The translations under genes were made by a program, and so were the position numbers. Below are positions 37,519 through 45,376 of a DNA stretch of 64,000 nucleotides, piece after piece. This DNA is from Clostridiales bacterium (GTDB lineage Bacteria; Bacillota; Clostridia; Oscillospirales; Acutalibacteraceae). Location: contig JAAYIY010000067.1 in the NCBI GenBank assembly GCA_012523185.1, forward strand, positions 1,068-65,067, in the 5' to 3' direction. The first letter of the stretch is position 1. Each line of letters starts with the position of its first letter. Below the pieces are notes generated by a model that was not told the origin of the DNA, did no database searches, and saw only the letters and a list, made by a program, of their open reading frames with translations.

Positions 37519-37856
37519 ATATTTTGCAGGAATTGAACACCTTGCTGGACGCTATCCCGATCCGGGTAGAAACCGGGGTGTTTTCAGATACAGCGCCGAA
37601 TGAATATGCGGTTATTACTCCGCTGACGGATGATTTTCCGCTGTTCGGCGACAACCAGCCGGAATATGAAACGCAGGAGGTGCGCCTGTCCCTTTATTCA
37701 AAGGGCAATTATCTGAGTATGAAAAATAAAGTGGTGAACGCCCTGCTGAACAAAGGCTTCACCATTACGGGGCGGCAATACATCGCCCATGAGGACGATA
37801 CCGGCTACCACCACTACGCCGTGGATACGGCAAAATTATATCGATTGGAGGATTGA
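37515..37856 (+). CDS. Tail completion / terminator-like protein (hypothetical)
   Basis: ATGA overlap with the upstream gene. Position between the gp10-like and major tail genes. No motif recognised. Confidence 0.55.
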   Translation: MNILQELNTLLDAIPIRVETGVFSDTAPNEYAVITPLTDDFPLFGDNQPEYETQEVRLSLYSKGNYLSMKNKVVNALLNKGFTITGRQYIAHEDDTGYHHYAVDTAKLYRLED

Positions 37857-37858
37857 AA

Positions 37859-38470
37859 ATGGCGACCATTGGCATGGATAAACTTTACTATGCAAAAATC
37901 ACCGAGGATGCTAACGGCGAGGAAACCTACGGTGTTCCGATTTCACTGGCAAAAGCCATTAAAGCGGATTTGTCTATTGAACTTGCCGAGGCAACGCTGT
38001 ATGCGGATGACGCGACCGCATATGTGATTAAGGATTTCAAATCCGGCACACTCTCGCTGGGGATTGATGATATCGCCACTGCCGCCGCGCAGGACTTGAC
38101 CGGAGCAATTGTCGACGACAACGGCGTTCTGGTGTCGGCAAGCGAAAACGACGGCGCTATTGTTGCCGTGGGCTTCCGCGCCCTTAAGCCTGACAACAGA
38201 TACCGCTATTTTTGGATGTATCGGATAAAATTCGGCATACCGGCGACCAACCTACAGACCAAAGGTGATTCCATCACCTTCCAGACCCCGACCATCGAAG
38301 GAACGGTCATGCGACGCAACAAGCCGGACGGTACAGGAAAACATCCGTGGAAAGCGGAAGTGACGGAAGGCGACGCCGGTGTGTCTGCTGAAACCATCTC
38401 AGGCTGGTACAGCGAGGTATATGAGCCGGTATGGGGCACCACACCGCCTGAACCGCCGGAGGAGGGTTGA
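37859..38470 (+). CDS. Major tail protein, phi13 family
   Basis: MATIGMDKLYYAKITEDANGEETYGVPISLAKAIKADLS matches the phi13-type major tail N-terminus. ATG follows GGAGGA. Confidence 0.8.
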   Translation: MATIGMDKLYYAKITEDANGEETYGVPISLAKAIKADLSIELAEATLYADDATAYVIKDFKSGTLSLGIDDIATAAAQDLTGAIVDDNGVLVSASENDGAIVAVGFRALKPDNRYRYFWMYRIKFGIPATNLQTKGDSITFQTPTIEGTVMRRNKPDGTGKHPWKAEVTEGDAGVSAETISGWYSEVYEPVWGTTPPEPPEEG

Positions 38471-38472
38471 TT

Positions 38473-38862
38473 ATGGAAAACGAACGCAGCGCATTTGTCA
38501 ACATCGGCGGTGAGCAGTATGAACTGATTCTCACCACCAAGGCGACCAAAGCCATCGCCAGCCGCTACGGCGGGCTGGAAAACCTCGGTGAACGGCTGAT
38601 GAAAGCTGAAAACTTTGAAATGGCACTGGACGAAATCGTCTGGCTGCTTACGCTGATGGCGAATCAGTCCATCCTGATTTACAACCTCAAGCATAAGGAC
38701 GCGCCGAAGGAACTGCTCACCGAGGAGGAAGTGGAATTGCTGACCTCCCCGCTGGAACTGGCATCCTATAAGAACGCCATCACCGAAGCCATGTTCAAGG
38801 GAACAGCACGGAATGTGGTAAGCGAGGGCGATGAAGGCTCAAAAAACCAGCCGGGCGCGTGA
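38473..38862 (+). CDS. Tail assembly chaperone (gpG-like)
   Basis: Located between the major tail and tape-measure genes. Carries a canonical slippery heptamer near its 3' end. Confidence 0.75.
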   Translation: MENERSAFVNIGGEQYELILTTKATKAIASRYGGLENLGERLMKAENFEMALDEIVWLLTLMANQSILIYNLKHKDAPKELLTEEEVELLTSPLELASYKNAITEAMFKGTARNVVSEGDEGSKNQPGA

Positions 38863-39044
38863 CCACTGCCGAGGTTTTCACGCGCCTGTACTACTACGGC
38901 ACTGTACAGATGCGGCTCTCTGCCGATGAATTCTGGACGATGCCGTTTGGTTTATTTATGGACTTATGGGCTTGTCACAAGCAGTTTCTGGGAATGGAGA
39001 AGCCGTCTCGGGAGCAGACGATTGATGATGTGGTACCACTATGA
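38473..39044 (+). CDS. Tail assembly chaperone G-T fusion (via -1 frameshift at 38847)
   Basis: The -1 frame is open from the slippery site to TGA 39042-39044. This is the conserved gpG/gpGT arrangement upstream of tape-measure genes. Confidence 0.65.
38841..38847 (+). promoter_or_regulatory. -1 programmed ribosomal frameshift slippery site A_AAA_AAC
   Basis: Zero-frame codons tcA AAA AAC. The -1 frame reads AAA AAA CCA GCC GGG CGC GTG ACC... and runs into ORF 38859-39044. Confidence 0.75.
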
Positions 39045-39056
39045 TATTAAGAAAAC

Positions 39057-39362
39057 TCACATCTCAATTTTAAGCGTGATTTCGTTGAACTCCTGCTTTG
39101 CATCTTGGAAAACTTCGACTATTTTTTTAATTTCAGAAGATAGAGCCTCAGATTTCTTTGTCTTTGGCTTATAAATAATAGTAATATCTGCCGGAACATA
39201 CATATATCCTGTTACCACGTCCCAAAGTGCGCTCAAATTCTGACCGTACCATTCTGGCAACTCCAATGCCTGCATAAGAACTTGGTGGAGTTCGCCGAGA
39301 TATTCACACTCTGAAAAATCAAGAACACGCTCTTTAGGAACTAAATTTCTAATTAAATTCAT
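39057..39362 (-). CDS. Barstar-family ribonuclease inhibitor (immunity protein)
   Basis: ELHQVLMQALELPEWYGQNLSALWDVVTG aligns with barstar [29 protein letters not shown]. Immediately downstream of the barnase-like gene. Confidence 0.85.
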   Translation of the reverse strand: MNLIRNLVPKERVLDFSECEYLGELHQVLMQALELPEWYGQNLSALWDVVTGYMYVPADITIIYKPKTKKSEALSSEIKKIVEVFQDAKQEFNEITLKIEM

Positions 39363-39376
39363 CGTATTTTTCCCTC

Positions 39377-39979
39377 CTATGTTATTTGAACAAAAGTCGT
39401 ATAGTGATCGTAAGTAGCGAAAATTAAGCCATCGTTGGAAAAAAGTAATCGATGCGTATTTCGAAACCCACTGTCACAATTAATATCTGCTTCATACCAG
39501 ACGCGACCTGGTGTTTGTGGAAGATGTCCATCCTTGTTTTGATAAATCCCACCATCGATAAACTTTCCTGGAGCAATTTTGTGTAAATTCCCGTGACGCG
39601 GAATCCAACCCATGTCTCTTGCTTCTTGCTTAGTGATATAATTCGGCGGGAGTTTTCCTGTATTCTTTACTGAGACATCCGCGCCGTTCATGCCGTCCTG
39701 CGTTGCAGTGCCCGCAGTTGCCGCTTCCATGGATTTTATTTCGCATCTGCAGTTAGGGTGAATGGGTGGCTCATCATCCAGAAGTTCATTCATTTCATAT
39801 ATTTTACCATGATTTCCTCGGCAAATAAAGCAAGTTTTTAAATCCAACACAGCAATCCAATTCTTGTAATCTAAACTTTCATGTGTTGGTGGTCGAAAAG
39901 ACTCAATTAAATCCTTTTGAATCTCTTGCAGTCTTCTTGGCGGAGGCCATAGATAGGTTTTGTATACATAATAGCTCAT
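39377..39979 (-). CDS. Barnase-family ribonuclease toxin with N-terminal Mu-F/gp7 core motif
   Basis: C-terminus: LPPNYITKQEARDMGW, APGKFIDGGIY, WYEADINCDSGFRNTHRLLFS and YDHYTTFVQI, compared with barnase LPDNYITKSEAQALGW...WREADINYTSGFRNSDRILYS...TDHYQTFTKI. N-terminus: LDLKTCFICRGNHGKIY...PPIHPNCRC, the Phage_Mu_F C-terminal core. Confidence 0.85.
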   Translation of the reverse strand: MSYYVYKTYLWPPPRRLQEIQKDLIESFRPPTHESLDYKNWIAVLDLKTCFICRGNHGKIYEMNELLDDEPPIHPNCRCEIKSMEAATAGTATQDGMNGADVSVKNTGKLPPNYITKQEARDMGWIPRHGNLHKIAPGKFIDGGIYQNKDGHLPQTPGRVWYEADINCDSGFRNTHRLLFSNDGLIFATYDHYTTFVQIT

Positions 39980-40149
39980 ACATATTTCCCCTTATTAAAA
40001 TGATAGAGACGTAAAAGTCCCTTCACTAATAGGGAAAAAGCGGCCAAAAGTTGCACTAAAAAGGGCAATAAAAGCTACTAAAAAGAGATTGTTAATAAAT
40101 AAGTTACATTTGTTCATCAGAATATGGAGCAGATCGGAGGTGACCGCAC

Positions 40150-42573
40150 ATGGCAGATGATTTTGGCTTACGGATCGGCATCAAGGGCGAACGTGATTTC
40201 AAAAAAGCCCTCGCCGACATCAACCAGTCCTTCAAAGTCCTCGGCTCTGAAATGGCGCTGGTCACCAGCCAGTTTGATAAAAACGACAAAAGCGCCAGTG
40301 CCCTCACTTCCCGGAACGCCGTCCTCAATAAAGAGATTGATTCACAAAAACAAAAAATAGAGACGCTCCGCGCCGCTTTGGAGAATGCCTCCGAGAGTTT
40401 CGGAGAAAATGACCGCCGCACACAAAATTGGCAAATCCAGTTGAATAAGACGCAAGCGGAACTGAACGACATGGAGCGCGAACTTGAGGAATCTGCTGAT
40501 GATGCGGACGATCTCGGTGAGCAACTCACGGAAACGGGCGATGAAGCCGAAAAGTCCGGCTCAAAATTTGAGAAGCTGGGCGGCGTTCTGAAAGGAATCG
40601 GTGTGGCGATGGGTGCGGTTGCTGTCGCGGCAGGTGCGGCGGCGATTAAACTCGGCAAGGAAGTCGTTCAGCAATTCGGTGAGTTAGAGCAGAATCTTGG
40701 CGGTTCGGAAGCTGTGTTCGGCAATTATGCCGCCTCCATCCAGAAAACCGGGGAGGAAGCCTATAAAAACCTTGGCGTGTCACAAAGCCAATATCTTGCA
40801 ACCGCGAACAAAATGGGCGCTTTGTTTCAGGGTTCGGGTATTGAACAGCAAAAATCTTTGGAACTAACGGAAAAGGCAATGCAACGAGCGGCAGACATGG
40901 CTTCCGTCATGGGCATCGATATGCAGATGGCGCTGGACTCCGTGTCCGGCGCGGCAAAGGGCAATTTTACGATGATGGATAACCTTGGGGTTGCCATGAA
41001 TGCCACTACCGTCGAAGCCTACGCTCTTTCTAAAGGACTTGACTTCACTTGGGCATCAGCTTTCAACGCCGAAAAAGCTGAAGTCGCTATGCAGATGTTT
41101 TTCGAGAACACAGAACAATATGCGGGAAATTTCGCACGGGAATCCACCGAAACCATCACAGGCTCATTGGGTTTGTTAAAAGCAGCCCTCGGTTCGTTCA
41201 CGGCAGGACTCGGCAATGCCAACGCCGACATGACCAACCTGACGCAGAACCTTGTGGACGCTTTTCAGTCAGTGGTTAAAAACATCGTGCCGGTGCTTGA
41301 AAATATTGTTGCGGCACTGCCGACAGCCACGGGCGCGATCCTGCAAGCAGTGGGCGACCTTTTACCCATGCTCCTCGAAGTCGTAACGCAACTTTTCACA
41401 CAGGTGCTGCAGACCATCCTGAATCTCCTGCCGAAACTCATCCCCGCTGCGGTGGATGCGGTTATGACAATCGTCGGGGCGCTGATTGACAATCTCCCGC
41501 TGTTAATCAATGCGGCGGTACAACTGGTGACCGCACTCGTAAATGGCATCGGATCGGGATTGCCCCAGCTGATTCCAGCGGCGGTGTCGGCGGTCATGCA
41601 AATTGTGCAGGGCTTGCTGGAAAATCTGCCCCTCATACTGGACGCGGCGCTCCAGCTGGTCATAGGGCTGGCGGACGGCATCCTGAACGCCATTCCCGTT
41701 TTAATTGAGGCTTTGCCGGAAGTCATAGCCGCGCTGGTAGATTTCCTCATCGGCTCAATTCCTCGGATTATCGAGGCGGGCATCCGGCTTCTGACCTCGC
41801 TGATTACCGCGCTGCCGATCATCATCGACACCGTGGTCAAGGCGATTCCAAAAATCATTGACAATATTATCAATGCCGTCATCGGGGCGATTCCGCTGAT
41901 TACCCAGTCCGGCGTAAAGCTGCTGGTGGCTTTGATTCAAGCGCTCCCGCAGATTATTTCCACTGTTGTAACTGCGATCCCGAAAATCGTGACCTCGCTG
42001 GTCAGCGCCATCATTGGGAACATCGACAAGATTATTCTTGCCGGTGTGCAGCTGCTCGTGTTACTGATTGAGAATCTGCCGACGATTATTGTGGAGGTTG
42101 TGAAAGCAGTACCGCAGATTATCACGGCTCTGGTCAAAGGCTTCACCGGCTCAATCGGTGAAATGGCAAAAGTCGGCGGCAACCTCATCAAGGGCTTGTG
42201 GCAGGGTATTTCCGATGCGGGTGCGTGGCTGTGGAGCAAAATCTCCGGCTTTTTCGGCGGCGTGGTCGACAAAATCAAGAACTTTTTCGGCATTCATTCG
42301 CCCTCAGAACTCTTCGCGGGGATCGGGCAGAACATGGGCGAAGGCATCGGCGTGGGCTTTGAACAGGCAATGGAACAAGTCAGCCGGGATATGCAAAGCG
42401 CGATTCCCACGAACCTCGGCGGCATGACCGTAGGGGTGAATGGCACAGGTGTATATCCGGCAGGTGCGATCATCCATCAGAGTATCTCCATCACCTCGCC
42501 GAAAGCGCTCTCGGAAAAGGAAGCCGCGCGGGAATTCTGCAATCTATCCAGAAAACTAGCATTGGGGGTGTAG
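40150..42573 (+). CDS. Tail tape measure protein
   Basis: 807 aa. N-terminal coiled coil (FKKALADINQSFKVLGSEMALV), a long periodic hydrophobic/helical repeat core, and position after the chaperones. Confidence 0.88.
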   Translation: MADDFGLRIGIKGERDFKKALADINQSFKVLGSEMALVTSQFDKNDKSASALTSRNAVLNKEIDSQKQKIETLRAALENASESFGENDRRTQNWQIQLNKTQAELNDMERELEESADDADDLGEQLTETGDEAEKSGSKFEKLGGVLKGIGVAMGAVAVAAGAAAIKLGKEVVQQFGELEQNLGGSEAVFGNYAASIQKTGEEAYKNLGVSQSQYLATANKMGALFQGSGIEQQKSLELTEKAMQRAADMASVMGIDMQMALDSVSGAAKGNFTMMDNLGVAMNATTVEAYALSKGLDFTWASAFNAEKAEVAMQMFFENTEQYAGNFARESTETITGSLGLLKAALGSFTAGLGNANADMTNLTQNLVDAFQSVVKNIVPVLENIVAALPTATGAILQAVGDLLPMLLEVVTQLFTQVLQTILNLLPKLIPAAVDAVMTIVGALIDNLPLLINAAVQLVTALVNGIGSGLPQLIPAAVSAVMQIVQGLLENLPLILDAALQLVIGLADGILNAIPVLIEALPEVIAALVDFLIGSIPRIIEAGIRLLTSLITALPIIIDTVVKAIPKIIDNIINAVIGAIPLITQSGVKLLVALIQALPQIISTVVTAIPKIVTSLVSAIIGNIDKIILAGVQLLVLLIENLPTIIVEVVKAVPQIITALVKGFTGSIGEMAKVGGNLIKGLWQGISDAGAWLWSKISGFFGGVVDKIKNFFGIHSPSELFAGIGQNMGEGIGVGFEQAMEQVSRDMQSAIPTNLGGMTVGVNGTGVYPAGAIIHQSISITSPKALSEKEAAREFCNLSRKLALGV

Positions 42574-42576
42574 CTT

Positions 42577-43428
42577 ATGGAACTGATATATACCAATCAA
42601 AACGGCGCAACCGTCACGCTCCGTCAAGTGAAACCCTTATTTATTACAAAGCTGGACGGCGTAGGACGTATACGGCAGACGATCAACACCTTCCAAGCGC
42701 CCGAACAGGACGGAGCCTTCTATATCTCCTCGACGCTGGATATGCGGAACATCACCATTGAGGGAACGATTCTCGCCACCAATGTCGACAGCACCTTTGC
42801 TTACCGCCGCCAGCTTCTGCGTATCTTCACGCCCAAGCTGCGCGGAACACTGATTTACCGTAACCGCCAGATTTCCTGCATTGTGGAGGAGGCGGCGTTC
42901 TCGGCGGGAAGTATCACCAGAGCGCCATCCTTTTTCATCAGCTTATTGTGTCCTTCTCCGTTTTTTGAACCTCTGGAGGCGACCCGTACAGAACTGGCTT
43001 CATGGGAGGATAACTTCTCGTTTCCTCTGGAAATTACAGAACTGGGCATTGAACTCGGTATCCGCCAGCCCAGCCAAATCATCACCATCGAAAACGAGGG
43101 TGATGTCCCTTGCGGCTGTGTGATTACATTCAGGGCATTGGGTTCGGTGGTCAATCCTGAACTGATGAATGTGGACACGGGCGAGTTTATCCGCATCAAC
43201 ACCGCAATGTCTGCCGGGCAGGAAATTTTAGTGTATACCCATTTCGCAGGAAAAAAAGTGACCAGTGTCCTTGGCACAACAGAAACAAACGCTTTCAGCC
43301 TGATCGACGTCGGATCAACTTTTTTACAGCTGTCAGTGGGCAAAAATGTGCTTCGCTATGATGCGGAGGAACAAATGGATTTACTGGAGGTCATCATCCA
43401 TTACCGCCCGCAGTTTTTGGGGGTGTAG
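42577..43428 (+). CDS. Distal tail protein (Dit / phage tail family protein)
   Basis: Immediately follows the TMP and has siphovirus Dit size. The N-terminus MELIYTNQNG...ITKLDG is typical of the Sipho_tail family. Confidence 0.7.
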   Translation: MELIYTNQNGATVTLRQVKPLFITKLDGVGRIRQTINTFQAPEQDGAFYISSTLDMRNITIEGTILATNVDSTFAYRRQLLRIFTPKLRGTLIYRNRQISCIVEEAAFSAGSITRAPSFFISLLCPSPFFEPLEATRTELASWEDNFSFPLEITELGIELGIRQPSQIITIENEGDVPCGCVITFRALGSVVNPELMNVDTGEFIRINTAMSAGQEILVYTHFAGKKVTSVLGTTETNAFSLIDVGSTFLQLSVGKNVLRYDAEEQMDLLEVIIHYRPQFLGV

Positions 43429-43431
43429 GGT

Positions 43432-44331
43432 ATGGAACTGTATCTTTTTAATAACAACCGGGAACTTGCGGGGCTGGTGGAATCCTATGAGTATCTGCGC
43501 TGGACGCGGCAATACACAAAATGCGGCAGTTTTGAACTCAAAGCCATCGCTTCGGACGAAAACATCGCGCTTTTGAAAATTGGCAACATCCTGTGGAAGA
43601 ACGACGATGCGGAAGCAGGAATTATCGAATATTTGGAAATGACTTTGCAGGAGCAGGAGTATATCACCGTCATCGGGCGGTTTGCAACATCCCTGTTATC
43701 CAGGCGAATCGTATGGGGAACGGAAATCCTCACCGGCGATTTATCGGCGGCAGTGTTACAGCTTTTAAATAACCACCTGATTGCGCCGGTTAATTTGGAA
43801 AGAAAAATCAATGGTGTCGTTTATACGCCGGAAAGCATGGATGTTCCCGTCAGCACACAGATTTCCTTCCGCAATCTGATGGACACTGTCACAAACCTAT
43901 GTGATGCCGCCGATGTCGGTATAAAAACAGCCTTCGATCCTGTCGCAAAGCTGTTTACCGTTCAGTTGTATGCCGGTTCGGCATCGCAAGCGATCTTTTC
44001 CAAAGAATACGAAAATATCATAGGACAGATTTTTACCGAGAGCCTTCTGAGTTTTGCCAATACCGCCCTTGTGGGCGGCGAAGGCGAAGGCGTGGAACGC
44101 ACCTTTGTCACCACCGGCGGCGGTGTCGGACTTGACCGCTATGAAATTTTCGTGGATGCCAAAGACCTCCGTATGGAGGACTTCCCGGATGATTACGAGG
44201 CGGCGCTCTTGTTTCGCGGCAATACCAGACTTGCGGAGCAAGCTATGATTCAGGCGTTTGATGTTACCGTCAACCAATACGGTAATTTGACATACAAGAT
44301 CGATTTTGATTTAAGGCGGTCAGCGAATTGA
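43432..44331 (+). pseudogene. Siphovirus Gp37-like tail protein (Tal/endopeptidase N-terminal domain), 3'-truncated
   Basis: The N-terminal pattern (ESYEYLRWTRQYTKCGSFEL...GEGEGVERTF) fits the ReqiPepy6 Gp37-like family. The sequence ends ...YKIDFDL followed by 5 unrelated codons and a stop. No downstream tail or lysis genes follow. Confidence 0.6.
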
Positions 44332-44768
44332 TGATTGACCGCGAGGCTCTCATTAAGGACGGCAGAGTACTGCATACGGCTTTCACGGATTTCGGTGCCA
44401 TCGACAAAGAGGTTGCTGAAATATCCAGTGAGATTGAGGTTCTTTCCGCGCTAGTACAAAAGCTGGTAGACGAGAACGCCAGCACCACGCTTGACCAGAC
44501 GGAGTACCGAAACCGCTACGACAGCTACGTTGACCGCTACGACAAAGCAAAAAATCGTCTGGGAGTTTTACGGGAACAGCGTCAGTTGCAGGAGCTAAAG
44601 GGCGATATTCTGAGCGGTTTCCTGTTCGAGCTGGGCGAACTGTACGACCTGCCGATGGTGTTCAAGGAAGAAACATGGAATGCGCTGGTAGATCATGTTG
44701 CTGTCCACGAGGACGGCAGAATTGTTTTTGCCTTCAAGAACGGCACCGAGGTTACTGAAATGCTGTAA
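44328..44768 (+). pseudogene. C-terminal fragment of a large serine recombinase (coiled-coil plus C-terminal domain only)
   Basis: EISSEIEVLSALVQKLVDENA...YRNRYDSYVDRYDKAKNRL...EETWNALVDHVAVHEDGRIVFAFKNGTEV resembles the C-terminal tail of Clostridial phage-type serine integrases. The resolvase catalytic and zinc-ribbon domains are absent. Confidence 0.6.
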
Positions 44769-44970
44769 CTATTTACATTGGTTGAATCGAGGGCGCTCTA
44801 TGGTAAACTAATCAAAAAACGATAGCCAAGTCAAAAAACGAATTGAAGCACATATGGCGGTGGTAAAATGGCAATACAAACTCTGATTAGCACTATATAT
44901 TGTGGTACGTAGACCATAGCGGGTGCATTGATTTGATGAAAACCCCAATATTACAGCCTTTTTCGGGCAT

Positions 44971-45017
44971 AAAAAAACGTTAAGGCAACTGATACGATTG
45001 TATCAATTGCCTTAACT
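44971..45017 (-). terminator. Rho-independent terminator of tRNA-Leu
   Basis: On the minus strand, a 16-bp stem with one mismatch (GTTAAGGCAATTGATA / TATCAGTTGCCTTAAC) is followed by TTTTTTT. Confidence 0.8.
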
Positions 45018-45021
45018 GATT

Positions 45022-45108
45022 TGGTGCGGGTAACAGGACTTGAACCTGCACAGCCTTGCGACCATTAGAACCTGAATCTAACGCGTCTGCCAATTCCGCC
45101 ATACCCGC
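45022..45108 (-). tRNA. tRNA-Leu (anticodon CAG), class II with long variable arm, encoded CCA
   Basis: The reverse complement is GCGGGTATGGCGGAATTGGCAGACGCGTTAGATTCAGGTTCTAATGGTCGCAAGGCTGTGCAGGTTCAAGTCCTGTTACCCGCACCA. Acceptor stem GCGGGTA/TACCCGC, anticodon loop TTCAGGT, T-loop GGTTCAAGTCC. Confidence 0.92.
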
Positions 45109-45125
45109 AGATTCCAACAAAAAAA

Positions 45126-45154
45126 ATTATATCAAATGATTGTTTGAATGTCAA
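45126..45154 (-). promoter_or_regulatory. Consensus sigma-A promoter of tRNA-Leu
   Basis: On the minus strand: TTGACA (45154-45149), 17 nt, TATAAT (45131-45126). This lies 17 nt upstream of the mature tRNA 5' end. Confidence 0.8.
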
Positions 45155-45376
45155 CAAAAATATCCTCTTGCTGTTTTTCTTGAGCTTGCAAATCAAAACC
45201 CTTTTCCCTTGTTGCAATTAAAGGTGAAGTGTCATGCTCAATAAAGTTCTGGTTAAGAAAATAATCAAGAGATGAATAATCGCCTGAAATGTGATAGACT
45301 TATTCGTTTTTTTATGGTATTATTAGTTGTGTATCGCAATTAGTTTTAACTGACTTATCTCTTTGGGGGACGACGG

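Larger units (their letters stand above)
22438..44331. mobile_element. Siphovirus-like prophage remnant (replication, packaging, head and partial tail modules)
   Basis: Contiguous plus-strand phage gene order: polA-like, primase-helicase, HNH, TerS, TerL, portal, protease/capsid, connectors, tail, TMP, Dit. Essential genes are interrupted and the right arm is deleted. Confidence 0.85.
14289..44768. mobile_element. Accessory island: AT-rich defence operon plus decayed prophage
   Basis: Housekeeping synteny stops after spoVM and the terminator at 14288 and resumes at tRNA-Leu/comM. The content is defence and phage genes, with an abrupt compositional change. The exact ends and att sites were not identified. 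Confidence 0.65.

Noticed and set aside
40104-42293. Long antisense ORFs inside the tape-measure gene (40104-40658, 41265-41882, 41937-42293) and other antisense ORFs of 100-240 aa in priA, comM, TerL and the primase.
   Set aside because: They lie fully inside well-supported genes on the other strand, lack RBSs, and have skewed Ser/Ala/Arg-rich composition typical of antisense frames of GC-rich or repetitive coding DNA.
45022-45108. tRNA-Leu as the integration target (att site) of the island.
   Set aside because: No integrase is adjacent. The recombinase fragment is of the serine type, which does not typically target tRNA 3' ends. I found no copy of the tRNA 3' segment at the left junction (14.2-14.5 kb). 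The tRNA has its own consensus promoter and terminator.
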